Counted from the stretch's first letter, positions 27,479 through 40,544 are shown. The stretch: 64,000 bases of DNA from Octopus vulgaris (GCA_951406725.2 OX597824.1:28768001-28832000); one strand, 5' to 3'. The notes: generated by a model from the sequence alone, not told the origin. A program made the numbers and translations.

Positions 27479-27764
27479 GTATGTATGTCTACAGAGAAGG
27501 AGAGAGAGTGAAACACACATATACACAAATTTATATATACATGCGTGCACATAAATATACGTGTATACGCGTGTTTTCTGGTGTGGGTGGGTTTGTATTT
27601 AAGTGTTATATGGCACATAAATAAGAAAGAGACATTAAGTAATTGAAATTAAGGACAAAAATCAATTGTTCGCCATTACTATCATGGCTGTCTTGTACAG
27701 CTTTTTACTTACCTTCGCTTACATATACATTTACGACTGCCTCCTCAAACTTCCTCTCACTCAG

Positions 27765-27819
<55 letters not shown>

Positions 27820-27959
27820 ACACACACACTCACATATAGATATGTGTGTGTGTATGCGTGTGTAAGTTATAGGAAACAAAAGAAAAGACCACTTTTGAAT
27901 ACAGAACTCAATGAAATGTTTTACCTCATTTTCTTCAGATGTCTCATATAAATTTGCTC

Positions 27960-28170
27960 CAGATTTATGAATATTGGTTTCAGATTTTGGCGCAAGGTCG
28001 GCGGTTTTAGGGGAGTGGGTAAACCGATTACATCGACCCCGGTGATCGACCCATAAAGGATGAAAGGCAAAGTCTACCTCGGTGGACATCGTCTTTCAGA
28101 ACACAAAGACAAAGATGGATGAAATAACGCTAATCATTTTGTTCAGTATTATAACGATTTTGCCAGGTTT
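27960..28170 (-). mobile_element. SINE family B, diverged
   Basis: ATCGACCC..AAAGGATGAAAGGCAAAGTCTACCTCGG block. Confidence 0.7.
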
Positions 28171-28399
28171 ATAAATATCAAAATATAATAACATGAATAA
28201 AAAAACTCTTCGGGGAAATTTGAGAGCATTCAGTAAACTAGATTCAATTTTGAAGTATTCATGTTCATACCATATTTGGAAGTCTAAAATTATTGAATGT
28301 CAATGGACACTAGGAATATAGAGGCGAAATTTTATAACCTTTGGACCTCTCAAAGGGACAGGCACTTTAATTGTGAAAATGTATGTAATTCTAACTTTA

Positions 28400-28990
28400 C
28401 AGAGGACCAGGGTGCAGTGCAGTCAGAATGGTGCGTAACCTGGGAATCCACATGAGCAATGATGCAGCATTCGATAGGCTCATTACCAAGATAGCAACAT
28501 TATGCAGGCGAGCGGCTGATTGGATCTGAGAAGATTCAAAACCAAGAAAAAAGTATACTGCTTTAATGGAAAACATTAACTGTTGTCGCTTAGGTTGCGG
28601 CTCCCAACTATAGTCCATAGAGGGCGTCCAGCTAACAGAGGAAACTCGAAACAATCAAATGTCACTATACGTAGAAGATTGACTCGGTGCAACTGATGCG
28701 CTACGGGGAGGGACTAAAGGAACTCAGGCTCTACACCGTCGAAGAGAAGGTGCGAAGAATATGCAGCGATATACCTATGTAAGATTCTGGAGGTTCTAAC
28801 CCTCAGCTTTGGAATGGAAGGATATACGAACCTTCAAACCCAGTACTGTAACACGTTGGGTTTCAATGGCCTACAACTATTCAGCATTCAGCCCAAGAAC
28901 CTCAAATATCTGCGAGGTGTAGATGTAATGTTTCTCAAAAGAACGTTTGGACAACTTTTTTATTTCGGATATCGGATGAACAACTGCATC
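28400..28990 (+). mobile_element. CR1-like LINE fragment, decayed
   Basis: VRNLGIHMSNDAAFDRLITKI...DWI.R.FKT...SQL.S...KIDSVQLMRYGEGLKELRLYT...GFNGLQLFSIQPK, with frameshifts. Confidence 0.75.
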
Positions 28991-28999
28991 GTAGCAGGA

Positions 29000-29540
29000 G
29001 ATACAACGAAGGGTATCTCCTGAAAATGAAAGAATAGAATGTAGACTTTGTTTAGCTGGAAGAGCGCTGATGCGTTTCAGATCTAAAATCCCTAACTCTC
29101 TAATGAACTCTAGGTCAGAAATTTGCTGTGATTGCATGCATATATATATAAATATATTTTGAAGAATACGAAAACTCCCCCTATTCCTGACTAACTTGAT
29201 ATCTTTCCAAGCTTATCTTTTAAGGTTTAAGGAGGGTAGCACTTTTGCCTTTTTACTTTTTATTCTTCACAATTTAGTTTTTGTTTTTCGTTTTCCGTTT
29301 TCGGTTTTTTTAGTTTCTGCGTTTTCTATATGCTCAGTTTTTTTCGAGTTTTTTCAATTATTCAATTTTTTTGTTTGTTATGACATGTGGTTTGTGCCTG
29401 GAGAATATGTTTAGGTATTTCGCAACATATGAAACTATTAGCAGCACTTAAATATATGTATCGTGCCCTTCAAACAAATTATGTTTATCTCTCACTAAAT
29501 GGAGGATATTTTAAAATTTTCATCACGGAACAGTACATGA
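29000..29540 (+). mobile_element. PLE 3' end: ORF C-terminus, T-rich UTR and HHR-like motif (29394-29447)
   Basis: CRLCLAGRALM...LMNSRSEICCDCMH..KYIL matches the PLE C-terminal CxLCL.E...LN.RSE...C.H..K..L motif. Motif GTGC-CTGGAGA-ATATGTT...AACATAT-GAAACTATTAGCA-GCAC. Confidence 0.78.
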
Positions 29541-29555
29541 TATATATATATATAT

Positions 29556-29620
29556 CGATTTGCTCGACTAAAGGCGGTGCTCCAGCATGGCCGCAGTCAA
29601 ATGACTGAAACAAGTAAATG
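29556..29620 (+). mobile_element. SINE family A, 3' terminal fragment
   Basis: CGATTTGCTCGACTAAAGGCGGTGCTCCAGCATGGCCGCAGTCAAATGACTGAAACAAGT. Confidence 0.88.
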
Positions 29621-29699
29621 AAAAAAAATTACGTCAGCAATAACTTTTACTAGAAGCATCACCAATACAACATCAACACAGCTACCGTCACAAGAAACC

Positions 29700-29758
29700 T
29701 CTATCATCACTGTCATCATCATCACTATCACCATACTCATTATCATCATCATCATCCT

Positions 29759-29789
<31 letters not shown>

Positions 29790-29866
29790 AGAAGAAGAAG
29801 AAGAAGAAGAAGAAGAAGAAGAAAAAGAAGAAGAAGAAGAAGAAGAAGAAGAAGAAGAAGAAGAAA

Positions 29867-29898
<32 letters not shown>

Positions 29899-30320
29899 GG
29901 TTATGTTTTACTGATAGTGACAATGACAACGATGTTGTTGTTGATGATGATGATGACGATGACGACGACGATTATGATTTTGGTGATTATGTCGGTGATG
30001 ATGATAATAATGACGATGATGAAGATGATCGTGACGATGATAATGATTTTGATAATTCTGTTGGTGGTGAAAGTCATAATGATGATAATGATAGCAATGA
30101 AGATGGTGTGGATGGTGTTGGTGATGGTGATGATGATGTTGATGAGAGTGGATATAATGGTGATCATGATGATGGTGGTACTGTTGCTATCGATGATGAC
30201 GACCACGACGATTATGATGTTGAAGATGATATTGATGATGATGATGATGACGATGACTATCATGGTGGTGGTGACGATGATGATGAGGATAACAATGGCG
30301 ATCAACATGTCGATGGTGAA
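29700..30320. repeat. Compound (CAT)n-(CAG)n-(GAA)n-(GAT)n trinucleotide region
   Basis: Directly visible. Confidence 0.95.
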
Positions 30321-32192
30321 TTCGAAATGTTTCCTAGGGTTATAACCGATATTATAAATACACATTAAATTTGAAATCTATAATGGAAGAATAGGAGAAA
30401 AAAAATTGATAATAATACTAATAATAATAATAACAATAATAGTAATAAGATTGAATGAAAGATTACAACCTAATTCATAACTACGAGTGATATAAATATT
30501 TAAAATGTAATTTAACTCAGCATGAGATAAATTATGAGTTTATAGGATGTATATAATTTACACTGAATATATAATGGCTAATATCTAAGCCGTTAGGCAA
30601 AAGGAAACTATACGAGAACGGGAGTGTGCGCACGCGTGTGTGTGTCACGTGTGTGCATGTGTATAGTTGCATATGTCTCTGTGGATGTATGTTTTAAAAG
30701 GAGTTTGTTCGGAAGAACAAATTCAGATTTTGATATGTGAACTCAATACCGGTGTGCAAATTGCAAATTGTAATATTATATTTATTCAAGATACTTTCAT
30801 TAACTCATGAAAATGAAACGTTTTATTAACTTAACAGAACGTTTCATTATGCCACATGTCGAATTAATGCTTAGAAAATGGAAACTATTCTTAATACATC
30901 GTTATTTATAAGAAAATATATTATGTGACGCTTCAATTAGCAGGAGAATGCAAATCAAATGAAATTACTGTTTAATATGCTCCTGTATTTATTAGGTATA
31001 TTACAAAACTCCTAGAAATACGAAGAGAAATTTCAAGTAATTTTCATAAACTATTGTATGTAGAAATCAAATAAGGGACGTATCTCATATGTTATTACAA
31101 AGGAACTCGATGAATAGGGACGGGTATTTTATATTTACAACAATAGACAAATGATGTTGAAGAAATCTTGAAATATTTCGGGTTACTGAAGGAATCATTT
31201 GACAGCCTAGTGTGATTTTAGAAGAATTTAACGGGCATAATGTATGCCATCATATTTAAATAACGAGCAAAAATTCGCTCATAATATAAGAAATTTAATT
31301 TTGACAGACCTCATGACATATACGTACATAAATACACACAACACATATACACATATTTGTATACATTTATATTTATTATGTATATGTGTGTGCGCGCGTG
31401 GGAGGGCGCTTATGAGCGTGTGTGCGTGTATGTATATATACATGGCTAGCATGTAATAGTTTGGAGTTGTAAAACATGATAAATTAAAACCGAATATTGA
31501 CATTTTGGAATATCTTAACAAAGAGAGATGTTATGTAAGAGATGAATATATATATATATATCTATATACTATTAAAATTCACATTGAATATTGCTTGCAA
31601 AGTGACTCAGCCAAGCTGGAGCATAATGGGAAAATACTATGAATTAAGTTTACCCTGAAATGTTGATACGAAAAGAATGAAACAAGTTTCGCGTAAATCG
31701 GTAAAGAGGTTTTAGAAATATTACAGGTTTCCGGGAGAATAAATACTCAAAACGGTGCATAATGGGAAAATGTTCCAAAGTTAATCTTTATCCTGAAAGG
31801 GAAGAAACTCTTATTTTCCTATCAGCCAAAGAGAGTTGACAACGAAAAACTTAAGATCTATTTTTTTTACAGTAAATGTTTCTATTTTCACTTTTGTTAA
31901 ACACAATATTTTAAACATTTAGGAATATTCTTAACTGAATGTGATTTCAAAATGTAAGTTATTTGTGCAGTAAGTATTTATGTTTTAGCTTTCTCTAAGC
32001 AGACAATAGTTTTGTGGGTTTTTTTAATTATTTTCAAGTGAATACCATTAAAAAAAATTTTTGGCATGTTTAAAAAGGAAAAATAACTTTAAAAATAAGG
32101 CAAGTAGTTCGCAAAAAACGCGTTCGTAACTTCAGTGTGAAATAGTTTTTTCCATAAGTTCTTTTCGAGTGCATTCAACGTATCTCGCCTCC

Positions 32193-32311
32193 AAAGATTT
32201 GGCTGCTATTTCTGGCACGTCCTGCTACCACGTAGCAGCTATTTGCGATAAAGGGCCAGAAATACGTGTTACGTGGTAACAGGGCGTGCAAGGAATAGCA
32301 GCCAAATCTTT
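32193..32311. repeat. Isolated inverted repeat, 52-bp arms and 15-nt loop
   Basis: 32193-32244 vs 32260-32311, 45/52 Watson-Crick matches. Confidence 0.9.
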
Positions 32312-32824
32312 CCTTTTCTAGGGAAAGGAGCTGTTTATGTATGATTTTGATGTCATATTCGTTGAAAGCGTGCAAAATAACCTGGAAGGAAAACGAGAAC
32401 CTACGAAACAAAGCTTCGTTCCTGGGAAGCTCAGAATATCCTGGTGACCCAATATTTAATGGGTAGTCACCAATAGTGAACAATATGAGATACGAAAACA
32501 AATTAGTTCAATAGGCAAACGACGGATGAAACAAATGGAAAACAGGACAAGTAACACAAAGAACGACCCTTCATCCGATGTCGTCTGTCTATCTACTCCT
32601 TATTTCGAACATTGAACGACAATATGAGTCTTTGAAGGCAGTTGCTTCCATAAGTACCAAAATAAAATTTAATTTTATGCAGGGTCAAAGTTGGGAACAA
32701 AAACAGGACAGTGGAGACATACAAGGAAACCGAACGAAAAAAAAACATGGAGGGTCGTTAGACCAGAACGAGGGTGTATATATATATATATATATATAAT
32801 ACATACATATATATATATTCTATT

Positions 32825-32909
32825 ATTCTTTTATATTTGTATTTTTTCAGTCGTTTGATTGTAGCCATGCTGGAGCGCCGCTTTTAGTCGAACAAATACG
32901 AACACTCAA

Positions 32910-32976
<67 letters not shown>

Positions 32977-33141
32977 CGACTAGCTTCTTTCAGTTTCCGT
33001 CTACCAAAAGCTTTCACAAGACGCCGGTCGGCCTGAGGCTACAGCAGAAGACAATTGCTCAAGGTGCCACGCCGTGGGACTGAACCCGGAACCATGTGGT
33101 TGGTAATCAAGCTACTTACCACACAGCCACTCCTGCGCCTA
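32825..33141 (-). mobile_element. SINE family A with internal deletion
   Basis: Head and tail of family A present; the middle of the 3' half is missing. Confidence 0.88.
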
Positions 33142-33325
33142 TAGGCATAGTAGTGTTTTGAAGTGTTGAGTAAAGCACTGGCACAGTTTGGGCTACCTGG
33201 TGTCATCCGTAGTCGGGTTATATTTCCGTTGGATCTGCTTCAGGAACACCGCAGTGTTAGTTGAAATAATAATACTAATAATTTCTTAAGTAACCAAAAG
33301 AAGGATTAGGTATTAATCTTTATTT

Positions 33326-33428
33326 TGTACAACGGTCGTTTCGATCCGTCCTACTACTGTCCCTTCTGAGTGGAACTCTGTTCAACAAATGTCGCATCCA
33401 TTTTGCAGTTTGGGTCCCTTCAGGTACA
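33326..33428 (-). ncRNA. Hammerhead-like motif with long stem II insertion (PLE-type tail)
   Basis: TGTAC-CTGAAGG-GACCC...~65 nt...GGATC-GAAAC gacc GTT-GTACA, followed by AATAAA; A9 is G in this copy. Confidence 0.6.
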
Positions 33429-33750
33429 TCAATACATAAAGATGTGTTTACCTAAAGCTCCTAAGTTTTGGCTTCCATGTTGTTATATGCACATCTGTTT
33501 AAGGAAGGAAACATTGGTACAATTTTCAATTATTATTATCTTTCTATAATAAGAATTGCCAACATAGACAAATAACCGTTGATAAAATAAAAGAGTGTAG
33601 GGTAAGTGATGGATGGACAGGAATGGATTAAGTTACATTAGGCTTAAGAAAAAGGAAGGGAAAGATATATATATATATCGATGGGTGAATGCTGTCTTCG
33701 AAACATATGTCGAAAGTAAAGGAATTTTATTAACATCGTCGTTCAACTCC

Positions 33751-33819
<69 letters not shown>

Positions 33820-33999
33820 GGCTAGAATGTTTAGGGTGCGAAAGGTTATTTAGCTAGCTAGCTTAGGTCGGGGTTCGTATACATACATTCGCACACACCC
33901 GATTGTACATAGATCCACACAAGGGACGATGTCCCACTCACCCATAAGGTCAATTTCGGCCGTAGTTTGTAGAATTTCCTTCCAAGCACTGATGTAAAT

Positions 34000-34182
34000 A
34001 GCGGAAGTGTGTTAGAACGTTAAAACTTCGTGCACATGCACAACAGAGTTCAAGGTCAGTCTGTGTCAAGCGGCTTCAATCTGCTTTTCATTCGTTAGGG
34101 GTCGATAAATTAAGTACCAGCTACGTACTGGGGACGGTCTAATCGACTAATTTCAGGCCTTGTGCCTATAGTAGAAAGAATT
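34000..34182 (+). mobile_element. SINE family B, diverged
   Basis: GCTTTTCATTCGTTAGGGGTCGATAAATTAAGTACCAG and CCTTGTGCCTATAGTAGAAAG tail. Confidence 0.7.
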
Positions 34183-34639
34183 ATTCTGGTTGCTGTTATT
34201 ATCATTTAGACTTCTGATCATGCAAAGAGTCAAATATGCAAAGATAGAAAACCTGGAACAATATTTTAAGTAATCGACTTAGCATTTCACTCAGTTTAAG
34301 ACCACAACTGTAGAAAACATTCGCGCCATGTCACTTTGCTGAAGATAATTTCCTTTCTTTCACAACTAGTCTTGTAACCTTTCAAGTAATTCATAAACTC
34401 TGCGTTTCCTTTCAGGATTGCAATATATAAAATATCTGAAGTGGGAATCTTTCCTTGGCGTTCTTCTTGTCCTTTTCTCGTGCTTTGATAACAAGTTTTT
34501 TCTATCAAATACCGTTGTATTCGTGCTTAACGAAGTTTGTTCTTTTTATAAAAAGGACATTCTCTGTTACGTTGCAATAAAAAAAAAAAGAATTTAAAGG
34601 AAACACCAAGTTTTATCAACCTCTACTAAAGAAATTACT

Positions 34640-34790
34640 GAGTGGGTGTGTGGTAAGTAGCCTGCTTACCAGTCGCATGGTTCCGGGTTCAGTCCCACTG
34701 CGTGACTACTTGGGCTTCTACTATGGCCTTGGGCTGACCAAAGCTTTGTGAATGGATTTAGTAGGCGGAAACTGAAAGTAGCCCGTCGCT

Positions 34791-34860
<70 letters not shown>

Positions 34861-35092
34861 TGTGTGTGTGTGTGTATTTGTGTATGCTTGTGTATCTGTG
34901 TTTGCCCCTACACCATCGCTAGACTATCGACGCTGGTGTGTTTACGTCACCGTAACATAGCATTTTGGCAAAAGGGACCGATAGAATAAGCACTAGGCTT
35001 GCATTAGTCTTGGGTCGATTTGTTCGACAAAAGGTGGGGCTCCAGCATGGCCGCAAACAAATGACTGAAACAAGTAAAAGAATAAAAGAATA
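34640..35092 (+). mobile_element. SINE family A, full length
   Basis: Head, internal (TA)n(TG)n and tail all present. Confidence 0.92.
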
Positions 35093-35340
35093 CCAGAAAT
35101 ATTAAGTTCATGTCAAAATTTCAATGAAGTAATTGGAGTGTGACGCACGGGTATGGGTGTGTTGGGTGCAAACATCGTTTTGTGGTTTAGACGTTCGCTA
35201 TTTAACCAGGTAGTACCAGGTTGAGCCACACTGCGCGGCAGCTTAAGCAAGTGTCTCCTACTCTAAACCGGGCTGATTAATACCTTGCGAATGAAATTTG
35301 GAAGACGGTAACTGTCGTGTACGTACATGTATATATATAT

Positions 35341-35417
<77 letters not shown>

Positions 35418-35505
35418 GCCAGCTGGAGGAGGTGTCTTCCTGGGGCTACAAACTACAGTAGCATCCACCCTTAGGGGTTAGCCATATTCAAATGGCAAAT
35501 ATACG

Positions 35506-35569
<64 letters not shown>

Positions 35570-35592
35570 AATGTGTAAAATATTTTTCTACA

Positions 35593-35754
35593 GGCGTCGG
35601 AGTGGCTGTGTGGTAAGTAGCATGCTTACCAACCACATGGTTCCGGGTTCAGTCCCACTGCGTGGCAACTTGGGCAAGTGTCTTCTACTATAGCCTCGGG
35701 CTGACCAAAGCCTTGTGAGTAGATTTGATGGACGGAAACTGAAAGAACCCCGTC

Positions 35755-35757
<3 letters not shown>
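35593..35757 (+). mobile_element. SINE family A, 5' half
   Basis: GGAGTGGCTGTGTGGTAAGTAGC...GGAAACTGAAAGAACCCCGTCG. Confidence 0.9.
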
Positions 35758-35803
<46 letters not shown>

Positions 35804-35805
35804 TA

Positions 35806-35988
35806 TGCTGGAGCATTGCCTTTAGTCGAGCAAATCGACCCCAGGACTTATTATTTGTAAGTCTAGTACTTATTCTATTGGTCTCCTTTTGTCGAACCGC
35901 TAAGTTACCGGGACGTAAGCACACCAGCAACGGTTTTCAAGCGATGTTAGGGTACACAGACACAGGCACACAAAAATACACGCTACAC

Positions 35989-36087
<99 letters not shown>

Positions 36088-36148
36088 GACGAGCTTCTTT
36101 CAGTTTCCGTCTACCAAATCCACTCACAAGGCTTTGGTTGGCCCTAGG
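35806..36148 (-). mobile_element. SINE family A, internal portion, opposite orientation
   Basis: Reverse complement of family A, lacking both termini. Confidence 0.88.
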
Positions 36149-36149
36149 C

Positions 36150-36690
36150 TTATTTAATTTTGTTTTGTGCACCTTCCTAATGTTCCTTTTGTACTCTTTA
36201 GTGCCTTTCTTTCTCCTTTCTCTTTCCATTATCTTGTTGTTTTCCAGTACTCCGAGGTATTCGCTCACATCATTACTCCATACCGATCAAATGGTGTTGT
36301 GTCAATTTTATGAAAGCACATTTTATCTTCCGGCTTCTCCTCTTGGTTAGTACTGCACACTTATCTACCCCAAACTGCATTTCAATATCTTTACTGAACA
36401 TTCTCCACGTCTCTATAACCGAATCCAGGTCCATCTCATTTTTGTATATATCTTGAGGACATCCAGATAAATTAGGTGAGTTATTCTTACCTCGGTTTTG
36501 GCAAACTAATAAGCAGACGTGGATTTTCTCAGTATATTTGCTCAGAGAGTTCAGCACAATGACGCAGAATAACGGAGTGAGCATGTCTCCTTGGAAAATA
36601 CCTCAATGCATATTAACGTTAGCTATAGTGGGTCATTTGCACATCTCCGTTCTACATTCCATTCTCTCATTGCTTTCTCCGAAAAGTTAC
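36150..36690 (-). mobile_element. R4/Dong-like RT fragment, decayed
   Basis: GIFQGDMLTPLFCVIVLNSLS...FSKDIEMQFGVDKCAVL...YLGVLENNKIM...KEYKRNIRKVHKTKLN; abuts a (TAA)n tract. Confidence 0.85.
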
Positions 36691-36729
36691 TATTGTTAAC
36701 TTTACTACTACTACTACTACTACTACTAC

Positions 36730-36828
<99 letters not shown>

Positions 36829-36847
36829 TATCATTATTATAAGTAAG

Positions 36848-37230
36848 ACGGCAAGTTGGCATAAACGTTAGCACGCCGGGCGAAATGTTCAGCGGTCTTT
36901 CGTCTGCCGCTACGTTCTGAGTTCAAATTCCGCCGAGGTCGACTTTGCCTTTCATCCTCTCGGGGTCGATTAAATAAGTACCAGTTACGCGCTGGAGTCG
37001 ATATAATCGACTTAATCCGTTTGTCTGTCCTTGTTTGTCCCCTCTCTTTTTATCCTCTTGTGGGCAGTAAAGAAATATGTGTTTTGCCCGTCGCTTCGTT
37101 CTGAGTTCAAATTCCACTGCGGCCGACTTTGTCTTTCATCTTTTCGAGGTCAATAAATCATGTACCAGTTGCGTACTGGAGTCGATCTAATCGACTGGCC
37201 CTCCCCCAAAATTTCAAGCAGTAGAAAGGG
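36848..37230 (+). mobile_element. Two tandem SINE family B copies with different tails
   Basis: 36848-37077 is full length with a TGTGGGCAGTAAAGAAAT tail; 37090-37230 is a partial second copy. Confidence 0.88.
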
Positions 37231-37275
37231 TTACTATCATTATCATTATTATTGTTGTTGTTATTATTATTATTA

Positions 37276-37366
<91 letters not shown>

Positions 37367-37368
37367 CA

Positions 37369-37406
<38 letters not shown>

Positions 37407-37856
37407 GGTGGTGTTGGTGGTGTTGGATGGTGTTGTTGTTGTTATTGTTATGTTAGTGACGGATTTATGGCTTATCAGATATATAAAAATTGAATAGAAA
37501 GTCTAATATGTGAAGTAAGTGCATTTTGTCCAGGAAAATGTGATTCCCTGGGAGAAATATTTCAATGGTCAGAAATATTTATGAGAAAAGTTATATTGAA
37601 CTGAATGGTTTACAGCTCGTTGAAGTGAGGCATTTAAAATACATCACATACATAGATATATGTATATGTGTATGTGTGTGTGTATGTATGTATGTATCAA
37701 TGAAAAGGTAAGTAAAGATTTATCATTGATGTATATATTTACAACAATGTGGTGGGTTAGAAATTAGTTCTCTGTTCAGAAAACTATCCGAAAGTATGCA
37801 TACACACACACATACATAAACACACGCACACACATATATATATATACATATATGCA

Positions 37857-38062
37857 AGCGTAGCTATGTGGTAAAAAGTTGGATTCGCAACTACATTGTC
37901 CCAGGTTCAGTCTCACTGTGTCGTACCTTGTGCAAGCAAGTGTCTTCTACCTTAGCCTAGAACCGACCAAAATTCGAATGGATTTGATAGACAGAAATTA
38001 GCTGTATGTGTGCATATATATATGTATATATATATATGTATGTATATATATATATGTATGTA

Positions 38063-38128
<66 letters not shown>

Positions 38129-38242
38129 CGTGATGACCGTGACCGACCAGGCTATCAGATGTTGTACACATCGCTGGTCACAATGCGCTTCGCATTGTTT
38201 TCGCCTTCAAATGACACCACCTCGCTGGCTAAGCGAGCAGGC

Positions 38243-38275
<33 letters not shown>

Positions 38276-38530
38276 CATATGTATGTGTGTGTGTTCGTGT
38301 GTTTGTGTATGTGTGTGTGTGTATGTGTGTGTGTGTGTGTATGTGTGTCCTTCTCCACTGCTTCAAAACTGGTGTTGGTATGCCTACGTCCCTTTAACAT
38401 AGCGGTTCGGCTAAAGAACCGACAGAGTAGATATCAAACTTTAAAAATAAGTACTGGTGTCGATTCCTTCGACAAGTTCTTCAATGTGGTGCCCCAACAT
38501 GGCCACAGTCTAGTGACTGAAACAAGTAAA
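37857..38530 (+). mobile_element. SINE family A with expanded internal microsatellite containing a family C tail (38125-38245, minus)
   Basis: Family A 5' half at 37857-38005 and 3' half at 38345-38530; inserted ATCACCGTGA..GACCGACCAGGCTATCAGATG...GCTAAGCGAGCAGGCCAA. Confidence 0.82.
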
Positions 38531-39374
38531 ATTTACACTCACACACACATACATATATACATACATATATACAGAGGGAGAGAGGGAGAGAAAATGAGAG
38601 AGAGAGGAATGTATGCATCCATACATATGTGTGACGTGTTTTTTTGTGTATATACAAGTATACACACAAACACACACACATATATTTAAAGAACGATAAT
38701 GGATACATTAAATGTTATATCCAGTTATGTTTTCGACTATATAATTCAATATATTTTATCATATTATAATTTGGAATTTAGTGTAATTAAATATTAAAAT
38801 AATTTTATTTTTTTGCGTATTGATTCATTTTACATGAAAAATGATAATTTAATTACAATGTCTCAATTCTTAGTAAAGAAAGATAAGACGCAACTTAGCC
38901 GGTATCGAAAAGTGTATCAGTTCTCTCTAATACTTACCTGTTATCTACCTTGGAAGGCTTTTTTCTACGTCACAGACGTGCGTGTAAAAAAATGACCAAA
39001 AAAGAAATGGAGATTTTGTGAAAGTACAAAGATCTCGAAATTGAAGTATTCAAGTAGTGGCCATGAAGGTGAAAACAATACCAGTAATAATGGTAGCATT
39101 AGATATGATTTTTAAAATTCCTATGAACAAAAACGTAGATGCTATACCTGGATCCTCAGCACTGAACACTTATCCAAAAAAATAGCCCGCTCTGAACAGC
39201 CTATGCAGGACACTATCAATTTAATTATGCAGCCCTAACAAAACAATCCACAAACACAAAACACTCGCTATATAGCAAATATCCAATAAAAGAGACAGCC
39301 ACTAACAGGCCGGAAGCCCAGTAGAGTGACACAACTCGCATCACATGCACAACACAAAATAAATAAATACATGT

Positions 39375-39831
39375 GCCCTTGTAAAGCCTAGCCAGGCGCA
39401 TGGGCCCGGTTTCCCGGTTTCTATGGCGTATGAGTTCCCAACTGGACGGGACGCCAGTCCATCGCAGCGTTACTCATTTTCGCCAGCTGAGTGAACTGGA
39501 GCAACGTGAAATGAAGTGTTTTGCTCAAGAACACAACGCGTCGCCTGGTCCAGGAATCGAAACTACAATCTTACGATCATGATGCTGACACCTTACCCAC
39601 TAAGCTATGCGCCTCCTCTTTCGCCCTTTTAAAGCCTAGCTAGGCTCATTGACCCGGTTTCCCGGTTTCAATGGCGTATGTGTTCTCCAGCTGGACGGGA
39701 CGCCAGTCCATTTGCAGCGTTACTCATTTTTGCCAGCTGAGTGGACTGGAGCAACATGAAATGAAGTGTTTTGCTCGAGAACACAACCTTACGATCATGC
39801 TGACACCCTAACCACCAAGCCACGAGCCTCC
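39375..39831 (-). mobile_element. Two tandem SINE family D copies (tRNA head, CORE-like block, V-domain-like block)
   Basis: 39375-39617 and 39623-39831; minus strand CTGCGATGGACTGGCGTCCCGTCCAG resembles the V-SINE domain. Confidence 0.88.
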
Positions 39832-40036
39832 ACACAACACACAATACAAACACTATTACAACAAAAGACGGTAACCAGACCCTTTCACAATACAAACTGA
39901 CGCAATACAATACTGGTAAGAGTTTGCACTCTTCTAACAACAACAAAAAAAGAACACAAAAAGCGGCACGCACCCCAGCAACACGGAGGTGTAGCGGGTG
40001 AGGCAGTAGAAATTTGCCTGAAGCTACCAAACGTTG

Positions 40037-40275
40037 AATAATAATAATAATCTTTGAAGTTCGGGCGGAGTAAGAGGCAAAATAGGATTTCATTTCATTC
40101 GGTTACAGCCGTTTCAGAATTAATTTGCGATTGCATCAAGGACTCTAATGCATAGGTATATAGACTGTATATACTCTTCTCACATAGTTAACATTATGAA
40201 ATGGCTGTAACCCAACAGCTTCAAATCTTATTTTACTTCAAATTTCTCTGAGATTTCAACGATTATTTTTATAAT
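40037..40275. mobile_element. Diverged foldback/MITE-like element
   Basis: GGTTACAGCCGTTTCA vs TGAAATGGCTGTAACC; AAAATAGGATTT vs AAATCTTATTTT; ATAATCTTTGAAGT vs ATTTCAACGATTAT. Confidence 0.7.
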
Positions 40276-40506
40276 AATGACCAGAGTTGTAACATTATTA
40301 TGAATGATCCCTCGATTTTCATGTCCTTAGACATGCTAATTGCTTCTTAAATTCAATTTCTGTGCAGCCTAGTAGTTGGCTCCCCAGCAGTGGAGCTTAG
40401 TAATTCCGCTTGATTCTCCGAATATATTTTTTTATCATATTTGTGTGCGTATAAATCTATATCTATATATATATATGCATGTATATGTGCGTATATATAT
40501 ACACAT

Positions 40507-40542
<36 letters not shown>

Positions 40543-40544
<2 letters not shown>

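Noticed and set aside
31561-32320. Helitron-like element (5' TC after A, 3' CTAG)
   Set aside because: 3' end is followed by G not T, the hairpin is atypically long, and there is no second copy to define ends.
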